Assembly (NCBI GenBank): GCA_964035545.1
Contig: OZ037766.1
Coordinates: 13,134,722 to 13,198,721, forward strand
DNA: 64,000 nt
Source of the DNA: Bugula neritina
Taxonomy: Eukaryota; Animalia; Bryozoa
Reading direction: 5' to 3'
Shown: positions 14,201-26,190 of the stretch, piece after piece
Layout of the letters: each line of letters begins with the position of its first letter
Numbering within the stretch: position 1 is the first letter of the stretch
The notes under the pieces: model-generated
The model's input: only the letters and a program-made list of their open reading frames with translations
The model's database searches: none
What the model was told of the DNA's origin: nothing
Program-made: the position numbers and the translations under genes

Positions 14201-16087
14201 GATTACAGTTTTCTAAAGATGTTGGAGCTGATTGTGCAGGAGCAAGCTGCTGCTTTCAAAGCCCTTCTTCCTAACATTATTTCCATTTGTATGGAGCACG
14301 TCTATCCCCTGGTTGCACCTGTAAGCTATTTACATTTTCAAGACTTTCGAAAATTATTTATGTCCAAATTTATACTCGACACCTTGGCATTGATATATTA
14401 TAAGATGGACCTGCCTTGCAATTTATTTGTGTTGTTTTACAGAAACCTAGTCCAGAGATCAAGATGACACTCTATGAAGTTTTGTTTGAGATTTTAGATC
14501 AGAACTGGAAATTCTTCTACAAGTCTTCTGTCATCTATTCCTTTGGTGATGTCAAACCGAGTGAGCCACTGTCTCACCAGCCAGAGTTTATTGCCATTCT
14601 ACACGTAGGTTGAATATTATACACATTGGTCTTTATGTCAATGCTCTCTATTCTTTCACTTTTATCTACAATCAATAGCTACGTTTTGCCAATTGTTCAA
14701 TATTATTGTTGAAAGTCTATTATAAATGATAACATCAGTTAATTTTAACTGAAGGCGCTACCATTTTTGCTACATCTAATATTTTTGAAATGGCCATTCG
14801 TGATGCTTTTTTGTAACATTTATTAGACCTAAAATAGTCAAAAATGTTCAAATGGGGAACTTTGTCTAAAACTAGCTTGCCATGATGATACTGCAAATGA
14901 AAATATTTTCAAAAGATAATTGTATTGTATAGTGTATCTTTTATATTGTGTTGTATATCGTACTTGATATTGTATCTTATAGTGTATTTTTATCTTATAG
15001 AGCATGCTACATGTTTAATGAAGCGATCATTAGTTTCATAATGTGCTTTATAGGCCTTTGGACAAAGTTTCCTTCAGCCAGATATTTCTATATTTAGACA
15101 TAATTTGGAAGCTTTGGAAAAACTGCACAAGAAGTGGAAGCTGTATCAGAAGGTAAAACTTGAAACTAGCTTGGCTGCGTACAGTATGTTTTTCTCTTGC
15201 AGGAAAAGTCATTACGCCCATCAGTTATAAAAAAAACTCACGCAAGTTTATAGTCGCTATCCCTGTGAGAAACCCCTGATGGAAACCTTGGGTTTTTGTT
15301 AAAACGAGCCAAGGACTTATTTTAATGAGACATAGGAGCAATCATGACCTTGTGTGTACTAGGCAAATGCTCTAACCCCTAGACCACGGCTGCTCCCTTC
15401 GCTCATCAGTCATAAGCTCATCAAATTTTCCTAATGAAATGTGCAAAACAAATTTCGAATCAAAATAAACTTATACTTGCAATTGTGTTTATTTTTTCAT
15501 GCAAGAAATCTTAAAGTGTTGATTGCATTTAATTTGTCTCAGATTTTCCCTTTGTTGTAGACAATTTTCGTGGAAACAATGATGTCACAATTCCTCAACG
15601 TCTTATTGCAAGTTTTGGTGGTGCGATCACATGATCTACTGCAAGAAGACATTGTCAATGCCGTGTATAACATGGCATCTGTAGATTTTGCTTTGTTTTA
15701 CAATAAATTTATACCAGCATTCCTGCAAGAAGTCAACACGATTGATTATCACCAGAAAGAAACATTAAAACGCAATCTGAATCCAGAGCATAAGGTATTA
15801 TATATTTTACTTTTATTTATTCGTTCAATGTGTAACTTGTATTGCATTTGGTTAATAACAATTATACTGCCAATTATTTATTGTATTTAGTGCTATAGTC
15901 CATCGCCAGAGTTAGAGTTGATTTCATGTGCTTTGCTTTATTATATTCACAGGACTTGCCTAGTTTTACAGCCAACATACACCGCATGGTGAATGACCTC
16001 CGCTACTACACTATAGTCAATGCTAGTCTACCACCAGGCACTATAGACTTAAGTCAGAAAGAACCCGAACCAATTTCTGAATATTAG
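5262..16087 (+). CDS. XPO6: exportin-6 (about 25 coding exons)
   Basis: GT-AG exons approx. 5262-5264 (ATG only), 5525-5621, 5846-5958, 6244-6441, 6666-6825, 7539-7649, 7805-8038, 8358-8535, 8771-8897, 9095-9201, 9598-9705, 9811-9984, 10329-10459, 10564-10662, 10845-10995, 11738-11884, 12180-12369, 12716-12871, 13552-13666, 13994-14053, 14209-14320, 14443-14604, 15054-15152, 15561-15794, 15953-16087. Peptides LRALERLMNEFF, DWPHFYHDFLTNVLQ, PREDLSISRKEEL, TPPPSPT, SHDLLQEDI..AVYNMASVDF and DLPSFTANIHRMVNDLRYY match vertebrate XPO6 as I recall it. Confidence 0.95.
13139..13345 (+). mobile_element. tRNA-derived SINE (tRNA-Thr(AGT)-like head)
   Basis: A box TGGTCTAGGGG, anticodon-like loop CCTAGTAAG, B box GGTTCGAGCCC, no acceptor stem, about 130 nt non-tRNA body; second copy inverted at 15248-15399. 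Confidence 0.85.
15248..15399 (-). mobile_element. tRNA-derived SINE, same family, internally deleted
   Basis: Reverse complement begins AAGGGAGCAGCCGTGGTCTAGGGGTTAGAGCATTTGCCTAGTA and shares the 3' body (CTCACAGGGAT..CGACTATAAAC); the B-box segment is missing. Confidence 0.85.
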
Positions 16088-16959
16088 CTAAACGCAGCAC
16101 ACAGTAGCGTATGTATGACATACTTTGGAGCCATTAATGTATAACTGTATTACCTGCTGATGTAAGAAAGTTGCAAAGATTGCCAAAGTCTTATGCAAAC
16201 TTGGGAAATGTAAAATAGACTTTCATTTTGGATAAATTTTAGAATTTAAATTATTATTATGCATTATTGTATTCAGTGCTTTCTGTAAACTGCTTATAAA
16301 AATATCTTTTTTGTATCAAAACGTAATATTTTTTTGTATAAAGTATTACCAATAACCATGTTCCCATGTTCAATTTGTTCATAAAATTGGCACTAATCCA
16401 TTTGTGAATTATTGCTTATATAATAAATATATATGCACTAACTCACTTGCTTGAAATTAAATTATTTAGTTCACTGTATGATATAGCAGTGTAGGTTTAT
16501 TACATTGTATTAACGTGAGCTGTCACTAAACTACTCTAGCTTCATTGATTTTTGAGAACATCCAACAGTTATACAGCTGCAAACTACCTGTTTATATATT
16601 GCTTTTTCACAACAAGTATATACAGCAAATTAATATATTGCTTCATTGTAACTGCAAAATTGATTGAAACTGGCATTTTAATTTGATTTTACCAGAAACT
16701 AAGAAATTAGGTTTATAGACTTTAGTCCATCATAAAAGAAGTCATTTATTTCCACTGTATAAAATCTATATTTATAAATAATATATTATTTTATCAGTAC
16801 CTATATTAAACAAGGCACAGTTTCTTTCCAATATAAAACTACTTCTCTGGCTGACAGTCTACATGTTTTCTTTACTCAAGAAAGTTGATATTAAGACGTG
16901 TATCTCTTGCGTCTTATAGCTAAAGTAGACAACATCTCTGAGATCAAATATAGCTGTGA

Positions 16960-17023
16960 GTAAGTGTACCTCATACACCGAGCTGAAGGAGCTGACACAT
17001 TATATATTGCTGACACATCTTAG
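16960..17023 (+). other. short 5'UTR intron of the GPCR genes (copy 1 shown)
   Basis: GTAAGT donor, GCTGAC branch-like motif and CTTAG acceptor 18 nt before the ATG; equivalent signals sit upstream of the other intact copies, while the acceptor is CTTAA in the pseudogene. Confidence 0.6.
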
Positions 17024-17041
17024 TTTGATAAAAAAAATACT

Positions 17042-17995
17042 ATGGGAAATTACAGCTCTACTAACTTTGAAGTTTCACCGTGTTTTCTGAATGATACAGA
17101 AATGTGTTACCAGCCATTCAACTATACTAACAATGCTATGAACTTGGGATCTTTTGTTTTGAACATCCTACATCTACTTATACTGTTCCAGATAACAGAG
17201 TTGAAAAACACAAAGTATTTCTGGAGTCTACTGAACATAACTCTTATTGATATCACGTACAGCATCATTATGTTTTTCTATTTCAGCTGCGAAGTCCGTG
17301 TTGCCATTTTTAAACTTTCCGCTATTTCCACGTACTCACTTTTTCTCACTATTCAAGTTTTGACAGTAGTTGCTGTGATTTCAAGGTATTCTGTGCTGAT
17401 ATTGGCAAGCATAGAAAGATACGTTGCTGTTTGCAGACCACACGAGTACAAAACAAACTACATTGTCAGGAAGATGAAGATATGCTTTGGATTTACAATG
17501 GCTTTGACATTGATATATTCATCTCTTATTTGTGCCACGCATTTACCCTTGCCTGAAATTTGCTGGTCTCAGCTTAAAGTTATGTTTGTCTCTGGTCAAC
17601 CTTTAATATTAACATATGTTTTGTTAACAATACCAATTGTCAGCGCATCACTGGTGATCACAATTCTTCTGGTGAAAGTCTGGATGAAGTTGAGAATAAT
17701 GATCAAGAATCCGGTTGGAGGACAACGTAATAAAACATTGTTGGCTGCAAGTAAATATATTATATCGATATATGTTATGCATCAACTATTGAATGTTTTA
17801 TTATTAATTTATTCAACGATTCAGTTATCAAACTTTTCGACTTCCATATTCATCATAGAGATTGTTTCTACATTCTGCGTGAACTTGTATGGTGTAGCAA
17901 ATGTAATTCTATTCGCTTACTTTCACCCAAAGTATGTCAGCAAAATAAAGAGTATTTTAAGATGCTCTAATCAGGTTCAACCTAATACTAGGTGA
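17042..17995 (+). CDS. divergent rhodopsin-like 7TM GPCR, copy 1 (candidate chemoreceptor)
   Basis: 317 aa intronless ORF, seven hydrophobic segments, N-terminal N-glycosylation sequons, SIERYVAVCRP (E/DRY motif), TM7 YGVANVILFAYFHPKY. Confidence 0.9.
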   Translation: MGNYSSTNFEVSPCFLNDTEMCYQPFNYTNNAMNLGSFVLNILHLLILFQITELKNTKYFWSLLNITLIDITYSIIMFFYFSCEVRVAIFKLSAISTYSLFLTIQVLTVVAVISRYSVLILASIERYVAVCRPHEYKTNYIVRKMKICFGFTMALTLIYSSLICATHLPLPEICWSQLKVMFVSGQPLILTYVLLTIPIVSASLVITILLVKVWMKLRIMIKNPVGGQRNKTLLAASKYIISIYVMHQLLNVLLLIYSTIQLSNFSTSIFIIEIVSTFCVNLYGVANVILFAYFHPKYVSKIKSILRCSNQVQPNTR

Positions 17996-18894
17996 ACAGT
18001 GAAAAGATTATCAACTGGTGGATTTTTTTGATTTATTTGTCCCAGGAGCCATGTTGTCCTTATGGAGTTATCATTCCGGTATTATTTGCTCTAGAATTTC
18101 TATTATATATCTTTTATCGCAGACAGCTGATATCGTGATGTTGTTTTTTAGTGTTTCCATTATTTATGTTCAATTTTGTCTATAAAAATAAATAATTTTG
18201 ATTAAAAATTAAGCAAACACTGAATATATTAGTTACTGCATTTTGTTCAGTGTAGTAGATGTAGTACTATATAGTTCTCCTACATACCAAATCTCTTAAA
18301 TACGCATTAAAACTGCGAAGTCAACGAGGAAAATTTTTGGCTTCAACTTAATTTTATTTAAAGATTGTACTAATATTTTGCAACTTAAGAAATAGAAGCT
18401 TAAAAAGTGTCTCTTCCAATTTATGAGATACAGACATCAAGTACTATATGCAAAAAATATTCCTGTTGGTTATAGTGAGTGACGAGACGAGAATGGAATA
18501 GCGAATTTAGGTTGAACATGAGTGGAACATAGACGAATTGCAACAGCTAAACCTGACTTAACAGGAAATTTATATCAAATAATTCAAAACGTGCTACGAG
18601 TTTAGCAACTAAAGAGACCTTCTAGAATTTAACTTATACTTGTTTTTTTCGACGAAACATGAGGCATAACTGCAAATATTGCATAAAAATGCTTAAGTAG
18701 GTAATAAAATTTGATTTTGGTAGAAACGACAACACAATAATCATAATGGAACATTTCTGCCTAATGGGATATACATAAAACGAATATGTTTGGACACACA
18801 ACTCTGACATTGTATTGATGTTTACAAACCACATATCATTGTTGATATTATAATATTATAAAATACAAGTACCATACAATGTCACCTTCCAGTA

Positions 18895-19030
18895 TCGAAC
18901 TACAGTGTATAGGTGTCACAATAGAGTGTATAAGTGTGACAATAGAGTATACAAGTGTCACACTACAGTGTATAGGTGTCACACTACAGTGTGTAGGTGT
19001 CACACTAGGGTATATAAGTGTCACACTAAA
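18895..19030. repeat. degenerate 21-bp minisatellite (GTGTCACACTACAGT core)
   Basis: About 6 diverged units related to the 23441-23810 array; a remnant also at about 32735-32785. Confidence 0.75.
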
Positions 19031-19587
19031 ATATGTAGTTGAAGTTAGTCTGTAGTTTGAACTGTTGATATGTATGTTATACATTTCAAAAGCTAGTAGG
19101 ACGGCATTTATGTTAGCCGTAATGGAACAATTCCATTCATATGAGCTGTAGCAGAACAATTCCATTTACATCGATTTTTCAGAAACAAAGTAGTTTGCAC
19201 AGCTACCAGTGTTTTCTAAGATTTCAAACTAATTTATTACATTCAGCTATTTAATGATAGATGTATTTAATACATCACTGTCTTTCTTTTCAATAGTAAA
19301 CCATTGGAAAACAAGAAACGTGTTTTATGATTAAAACTCATCTCAAAAGAAATCTCTTAACTTAACTGCTACAAACCTATAATTATAAAGACATTGCTTC
19401 ATTACATAAAGCAGATTGCGATTATTTTCAATCAAAGACTGCTCTCATGGTTGACAGTCTAAGTTTTATTTTCACCTAAGAAAGATACCTATTATAGTGA
19501 GTGTATTTCTTAGATTTGAACTCAAGTACGTATATAACTGATAATATCACATACTGTTGACATTTCTCAGTTGAACAGCAGAAAGCT

Positions 19588-20544
19588 ATGGAAAATTACA
19601 GCTCCACTAACTTTGAAGTTTCACAGTGTGTTCAGAATAATACAGAGACGTGTTACCAGCCATTCAACTATACTAACATTGCCACGAATTTGGGATCTTT
19701 TGTTTTAAACATCCTACATCTACTTATACTGTGCCAGATAACAGAATTGAAAAATACAAAGTATTTCTGGAGTCTACTGAACATAACTCTTATTGATATC
19801 ACGTACAGCATCATTCTTCTTTTCTATTTCAGCTGCGAAGTCCGTGTTGCCATTTTTAAACTTCCCTCTATTTCTACGTACTCACTTTTTCTCACTATTC
19901 AAGTTTTGATAGTATTTGCTGTGATTTCAAGGTATTCTGTGCTAATAATAGCAAGCATAGAAAGATACGTTGCTGTTTGCAGACCACACGAGTACAAAAC
20001 AAACTACATTGTCAGGAAGATAAAGATATGCTTTGGATTTGCAATCGCTTTAACATTCTTATATTCATTTCTCATTTGTGCAGCACACTTGCCGAAACTG
20101 TGCTGGTCTCGGCTTAAAGTTATGTTGGTTTCTGGTAGACCTTTAATTCTACCGTATGTTTTGTTAACAATACCAATTATTAGTGCATCACTGGTGATCA
20201 TGATTCTTCTGATAAAAGTCTGGAGGAAGTTGAGAATTATGATCAAGAATCCGGTTGGTGGACGAAGCAATAAAACATTATTGGCTGCAAGTAAATATAT
20301 CATATCGATATATGTTATGCATCAACTATTGAATATTTCATTATTAACTTATACAACAATTCAGTTATCAAGCTTTTCGACTTCCATATTCATAATGGAG
20401 ATCGTTGCTACATTTTGCATAAACTTGTATGGTGTAGCAAATGTAATTCTATTCGCTTACTTTCATCCAAAGTATGTCAACAAAATAAAGAGTATTCTAG
20501 GAATGGATAGATGCTCTAATCAGGTTCAACCTGATACCAGCTGA
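19588..20544 (+). CDS. divergent rhodopsin-like GPCR, copy 2
   Basis: 318 aa paralog with the same ERYVAVCRP and TM7 motifs. Confidence 0.9.
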   Translation: MENYSSTNFEVSQCVQNNTETCYQPFNYTNIATNLGSFVLNILHLLILCQITELKNTKYFWSLLNITLIDITYSIILLFYFSCEVRVAIFKLPSISTYSLFLTIQVLIVFAVISRYSVLIIASIERYVAVCRPHEYKTNYIVRKIKICFGFAIALTFLYSFLICAAHLPKLCWSRLKVMLVSGRPLILPYVLLTIPIISASLVIMILLIKVWRKLRIMIKNPVGGRSNKTLLAASKYIISIYVMHQLLNISLLTYTTIQLSSFSTSIFIMEIVATFCINLYGVANVILFAYFHPKYVNKIKSILGMDRCSNQVQPDTS

Positions 20545-21872
20545 ACAGTGACAAGATTATCAACTGATTAACTTTCTTGTTTATTTGTCCCAGGAACCAT
20601 GTTGTCCCTATGGTGTTGTCATTCCAAAACTGTTTGCTATAGAATTTTTATTATATATCTGTTATCACGGACAGCTGATATTGTGGTCTTGTTTTTGAGT
20701 GTTTTCATTATTTATGTTCAATTTTGTCTATAAAAATAAATAATTTTGACTTGACATTAGGCAAAAACTAAATATGTAATAGATACAAAATTTATTTCAG
20801 TGTAGTAGGCGTAGTGTAATGGTTTCTCCTACTTACCAAAGTGCTTGCATACGCATTGCAATTATGAAGTCAATGATAAACAGTTTGTAGCTTCAAGTTA
20901 GTCTTATTGAAAGATTGTAATAATATCTGGCAATTTAAGAAATGGAAACTTAGAAAATTTCTTTTTCAACCTATACGATACACACATCAGGTACACTATG
21001 TAAAAAGATATCTCTGTTGGCTAACGCTAGTGACGAGACAAGATTGGGACAGCAATTTTACGTTAGACAATAATGTAGTAATCGGAGTGGCTAAATTTGA
21101 CTTTACAGGCAGTTTATATCTTTGAATACATTCTATAGGTTTAGCAAATAAAGAGACCTTCTAAAAATTAAATTCTTTCTATCCCTTTAGGCAAACCAAT
21201 AAGCAAAACTTCATTATTCATAAAGATGCTAAAGTAGGTAATAAAATGTGTTTGAGACATAGAAGTCACAACACAATAATAGAACAAGTCAGCCTAATGG
21301 GATATACTGTATATATTATTTATATTTTTATAGGTTACAGTCTTGTATATGGAAATATAGGTTGTTGGCAACAAGTAATAACTTGAGTTAGCATACAGCA
21401 TCTGCAGAGAGATAATATTTGTATGAGCTGTAACAGAACAATTCCATTTACATTGATTTTGCAGAAAACATGCAAATTAGTTTGCACAGCTACCTGTGTT
21501 TTCTAAGATCTCAAACTGTTGCATTACATTCAACTATTTGATGATTAATGTGTTTAATACATTACTGTTTTTCTTTTCAATAGTAACTCACTGAAAAACA
21601 AGACATGTGTTTCATAATTAAAACTCATCTCAAAAGATACATTAGACTTGAGTGCTACAAATCTATAACTATAATAGATATTTCACCACTATGTAAAACA
21701 GGCTGTGATTATGTTTCAATTTAAAACTGCTCTTATGGTTGACACTTGACAGTTTAAGTTTCAGCTTCATCTAAAAAAGATAGCTTTATAGTAAGTGTAC
21801 CTTCTACATCAGAGCTCAAGTAACCGATATATCATATATTGTTGAAATTTCTTAATTGAATAAAACAAAACT

Positions 21873-22781
21873 ATTGAAAACTACAGCTCTGCTAATTTTG
21901 AAGTTTTACAGCGTGTTCAGAAAGATACAGAGAAGTGTTACCAGCCGTTCAATCAGACTAACACCACTATGAACTCAGTTTCTTTTGTTTTTAATATTCC
22001 ACATCTGCTTTTACTGTGTCAAATGACAAAATGAAAAGCTACCAAGTACTTCTGGATTCTAGTGAACATAACGCTTTCCGATATTGTAAACAGCATCATT
22101 AGTCCTTTGTATCTCAGCTGCGAACTTCGTGTAGCCATTTTTAAACTTTCCTCTATTGCCACACATTTGCTATTTTTCACAGCTCAAGTCTTGGCAGGGT
22201 TTGTTGTGACTTACAGATACTCTGTGCTAATAATAGCAAGCGTAGAAAGATACGTTGCAGTTTGCAGACCACACACCTACAAAACAAACTACATTGTCAG
22301 AAATATAAAGATATGTTTTGGAGTTGCAATAGCTTCAACATTGTTATATCCATGTTTCTTTTGTGTGATGTACTTGCCGAAGCTTTGCTGGTCACAGCTG
22401 AAGGTTATGTATGCTTTCGGCAAACCTATGATACTAGCATCTGCGTTATTATAGCAATACTAGTTAGTGAAAGTCTTGATGAAGCTGAGAAGTATGACAA
22501 AGAAGCCGGTTGAATGACTACGTAATAAAACATTATTGGTTGCAAGTAAATATATTATAAGAGCGTATGTTATACACCAACTATCAAACTTTCTGCCGAC
22601 AGTTTTATTGGTGCTTCAGTTTTCAAACTTTTCAAAGATCGTTGCTACACTTTGCGTAAACTTGTATGGTATAGCAAATGTAATTCTATTTGCCTATTTT
22701 CATCCAAAATATGTCAGCAAAATAAAGAGTATTTTAGGAATTGATAAATGCTCTAACCAGGTTCAACCCGATACCAGTTGA
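21873..22781 (+). pseudogene. GPCR pseudogene, copy 3
   Basis: Start ATG>ATT at 21873, premature TGA near 22032, frameshifting deletion after ILASALL and further stops; retains ERYVAVCRP and CSNQVQPDTS. Confidence 0.9.
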
Positions 22782-23440
22782 ATGGTTAAGATATTGCCAC
22801 CTGATTGGCTCTCTCACTTTATTTGTTGTGATTATGGTCTTGTCACTTTGGAGTTGTCACTCCAAAATTGTCTGCTCTGGAATGATAATATCATAATTAT
22901 AGTTTTTATAACAGCCAATTTACTTGTGTTATCATTGAGTGTTTCCAACTTTTGTAATAATGTTTGTCTAAAAATAAATACCTATGAATGAATCTGTAAT
23001 TATAGATGCACACATATAAATATATTGGCTAGGTATATTCTTAGGCAGTCATTATTCTTCGCACATCAATAATCACATTTAGTGCTCACAAAAGTACATA
23101 CAGACATGAATTAATAAGCACAAAATTGAAAAAGTTTCTCTTTGAAAAGTTGACTATTTTTCTTGCTTGGTTGCTTTTAGTTAGTTTTTTGAGGATTGTA
23201 CTAATATTTGGCAGTTATAGGAGGTTGAATTTCAGTAGGTTACCCTCCTCTCAAAATAGATACAAATACACATGAACTGCCCTTTACAAGTTTAGTAACT
23301 AAATACATCTTACATATAATATATAATATTATCATTGACATTATTTCATGTCAAATGAGACAAATAAAGCTACTATACTCTATAATCTGTATAGCTGCTT
23401 GAATAGGTACAACGCCTAGATTCTAGATTATGGTACATAT

Positions 23441-23810
23441 AGGTGTCACACTACAGTCTGTTGGTATCACACTACAGTCTGTTGGTATCACACTACAGTC
23501 TGTTGGTATCACACTACAGTCTGTTGGTATTACACTACAGTCTGTTGGTATCACACTACAGTCTGTTGGTATCACACTACAGTCTGTTGGTATCACACTA
23601 CAGTCTGTTGGTATCACACTACAGTAAATTGGCGTCACACTACAGTATATTGGTGTCACACTATACAGTATATTGGTACTACATTACATTACATTGATGT
23701 TGAACTACAATACCTATATTAAGGTGTCACACAACAGTCCATTGATGGCATACTACAGTATGTAGGTGTCACACTACAGTAGATTGGCGTCACACTACAG
23801 TATATATACT
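23441..23810. repeat. 21-bp minisatellite (GGTATCACACTACAGTCTGTT)n
   Basis: About 8 near-identical units 23442-23625 followed by diverged units to about 23810. Confidence 0.95.
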
Positions 23811-25227
23811 ATATAGACACAACGTTGCAATACTTTTGTGTCATAGGGGTTGAGTCTCTCAAGTATAATTCACATGTAGCAAAATAAACTAATCTTCTAC
23901 ATGAGCGCCATTGTAGTGTATTTCATCATCATACAGGTTACAAACAGTGCATTCTTCATTGTTCTAGATGCTCCCCTGAAGCTGACAATGAAGTTGTCTG
24001 CTCACTGGAAAGGAAAAAGTATTTATGAAAATTCAGAGTTTTAAAATTGAACATGGTTATACAGAATTGATTTCACCTGCTTAACTTGGTTCAAAATCTT
24101 ATCATGCTTGTTTAGGAAAATTATTTAATACAAACAGACACATATTGATGAAGTAGATGTGCAGCCATAGCCATGTTGCAGCAAGAAGATAGTGAATAAA
24201 ACAACTAAGCACCCATGTCATTTTGATGCTAAACCTGTTTATGATGTTTATGCTCCAAGTCTTCAACCCTGAATGCATAAACACTATTAGGTACTACTTC
24301 TACTACTACTGCTAGTTATAATTGCGACTACAGCTGCTACCACTACTGTGTTTTGTGTTTCAAGCTAGTTTGTATTCATGATGTAAAACACTTTTTTACG
24401 AGTAAGTTATTCCTGTGAAATACATTATCTATGAACTTTATACAACTAGACTCTATTCCTACAGTTGTGGAATTATTTCTCTTTTCTTGCAAACTTTTTG
24501 CAAAAAAAACTCCAAGCAGTACCACAACTCACAAAGTTTAAATGAGCTAAAGCTGGGGCCACATGACACGGATTTTCTGCACTGGCTTACATGCTATATA
24601 ATTAAGTATTTAGTTCAATGTGTGATATAGCAGTGTAGGTTTGTTACATACTACTAAGTTTAGTGCAAAGAAAGTTAATTAGTGACACCTATCAGCAAGA
24701 GTTGTCTCTAAATTACCCTAGCTTCATCGATTTTTGAGAATGTAAAATAGTTTAACGACTGCAAACTACATCTTCATCTATTGCTTTTCACAACAAGTAC
24801 ATGTAACAAATTACCACATTGCTTCATTGTAACTACAACAAAGATTGAAGATGGCATTTTAATTTGTTTCAACACTGGATAAACTGGAAATTAGGTTTAT
24901 AAACTTTAGCCCATCATAAAAGATGTCATCGAATTTTACTGTGTAAAATCTATACTTATAAATATTATATTATTCAGTCGCTATATTAAACAAGGCATGG
25001 TTGTTTTCCAATCTAAAAATACTTCTATGATCGACAGTTTACAATCTACATGTTTTCTTCACTCAAGGAAATTGATACTAAGACGTGTATCTCTTGCGTC
25101 TTATAGCTAAAATAGACAACATCTCTGAGATCAAATATAGCTACGGGTAAGTGTACCCCATACACCGAGCTGAAGGAGCTGACACATTATATATTGCTGA
25201 CACATCTTAGTTTGATAGAAAAGTACT

Positions 25228-26190
25228 ATGGGAAACTACAGCTCAACTAACTTTGAAGTTTTACCGTGTTTCCTGAATGATACAGAAATTTGTTACCAGC
25301 CATTCAACTATGCTAACAATGCTATGAACTTGGGATCGTTTGTTTTGAACATCTTGCATCTACTTATACTGTTCCAGATAGCAGAATTAAAGAATACAAA
25401 GTATTTCTGGAGTATATTGAACATAACCCTCGTCGATATTGCCTTCAGCATCATTATTTTCTTCTATTTCAGCTGCGAAGTCCGTGTTGCCATTTTTAAA
25501 CTTTCGGCTATTTCCATGTACTCACTTTTACTCACTATTCAAGTTTTGACTGCATTTGCTGTGATTTCAAGGTATTCTGTGCTAATAATGGCAAGCATAG
25601 AAAGATACGTTGCTGTTTGCAGACCACACGAGTACAAAACAAACTACATTGTCAGAAAGATAAAGATATGTTTTGGATTTACAATTGCTTTGACATTGAT
25701 ATATTCATCTCTTATTTGTACAACGTACTTGCCCTTGCCGAAACTTTGCTGGTCTCAGCTTAAAGTTATGTTTGTTTCTGGTAGACCTTTAATACAGGCA
25801 TATGTTTTGTTAACAATACCAATTATCAGCGCATCACTAATGATCACAATTCTTCTGGTGAAAGTCTGGATGAAGTTGAGAATTATGATCAAGAATCCGG
25901 TTGGTGGACAACGTAATAAAACATTATTGGCTGCAAGTAAATATATTATATCGATATATGTTATGCATCAACTACTGAACATTTTATTATTATTTTATTC
26001 AACGATTCAGTTATCAAACTTTTCGACTTCCATATTCATCATAGAGATTGTTTCTACATTCCTTGTGAACTTGTATGGTGTAGCAAATGTAATTCTATTC
26101 GCTTACTTTCACCCAAAGTATGTCAGCAAAATAAAGAGTATTCTAGGAATCAACAGATGCTCTAATCAGGTTCAACCTGATGCTAGTTGA
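25228..26190 (+). CDS. divergent rhodopsin-like GPCR, copy 4
   Basis: 320 aa paralog, motifs intact. Confidence 0.9.
   Translation: MGNYSSTNFEVLPCFLNDTEICYQPFNYANNAMNLGSFVLNILHLLILFQIAELKNTKYFWSILNITLVDIAFSIIIFFYFSCEVRVAIFKLSAISMYSLLLTIQVLTAFAVISRYSVLIMASIERYVAVCRPHEYKTNYIVRKIKICFGFTIALTLIYSSLICTTYLPLPKLCWSQLKVMFVSGRPLIQAYVLLTIPIISASLMITILLVKVWMKLRIMIKNPVGGQRNKTLLAASKYIISIYVMHQLLNILLLFYSTIQLSNFSTSIFIIEIVSTFLVNLYGVANVILFAYFHPKYVSKIKSILGINRCSNQVQPDAS

Noticed and set aside
23423-23697. three repetitive ORFs
   Set aside because: Artefacts of the 21-bp minisatellite being open in several frames.
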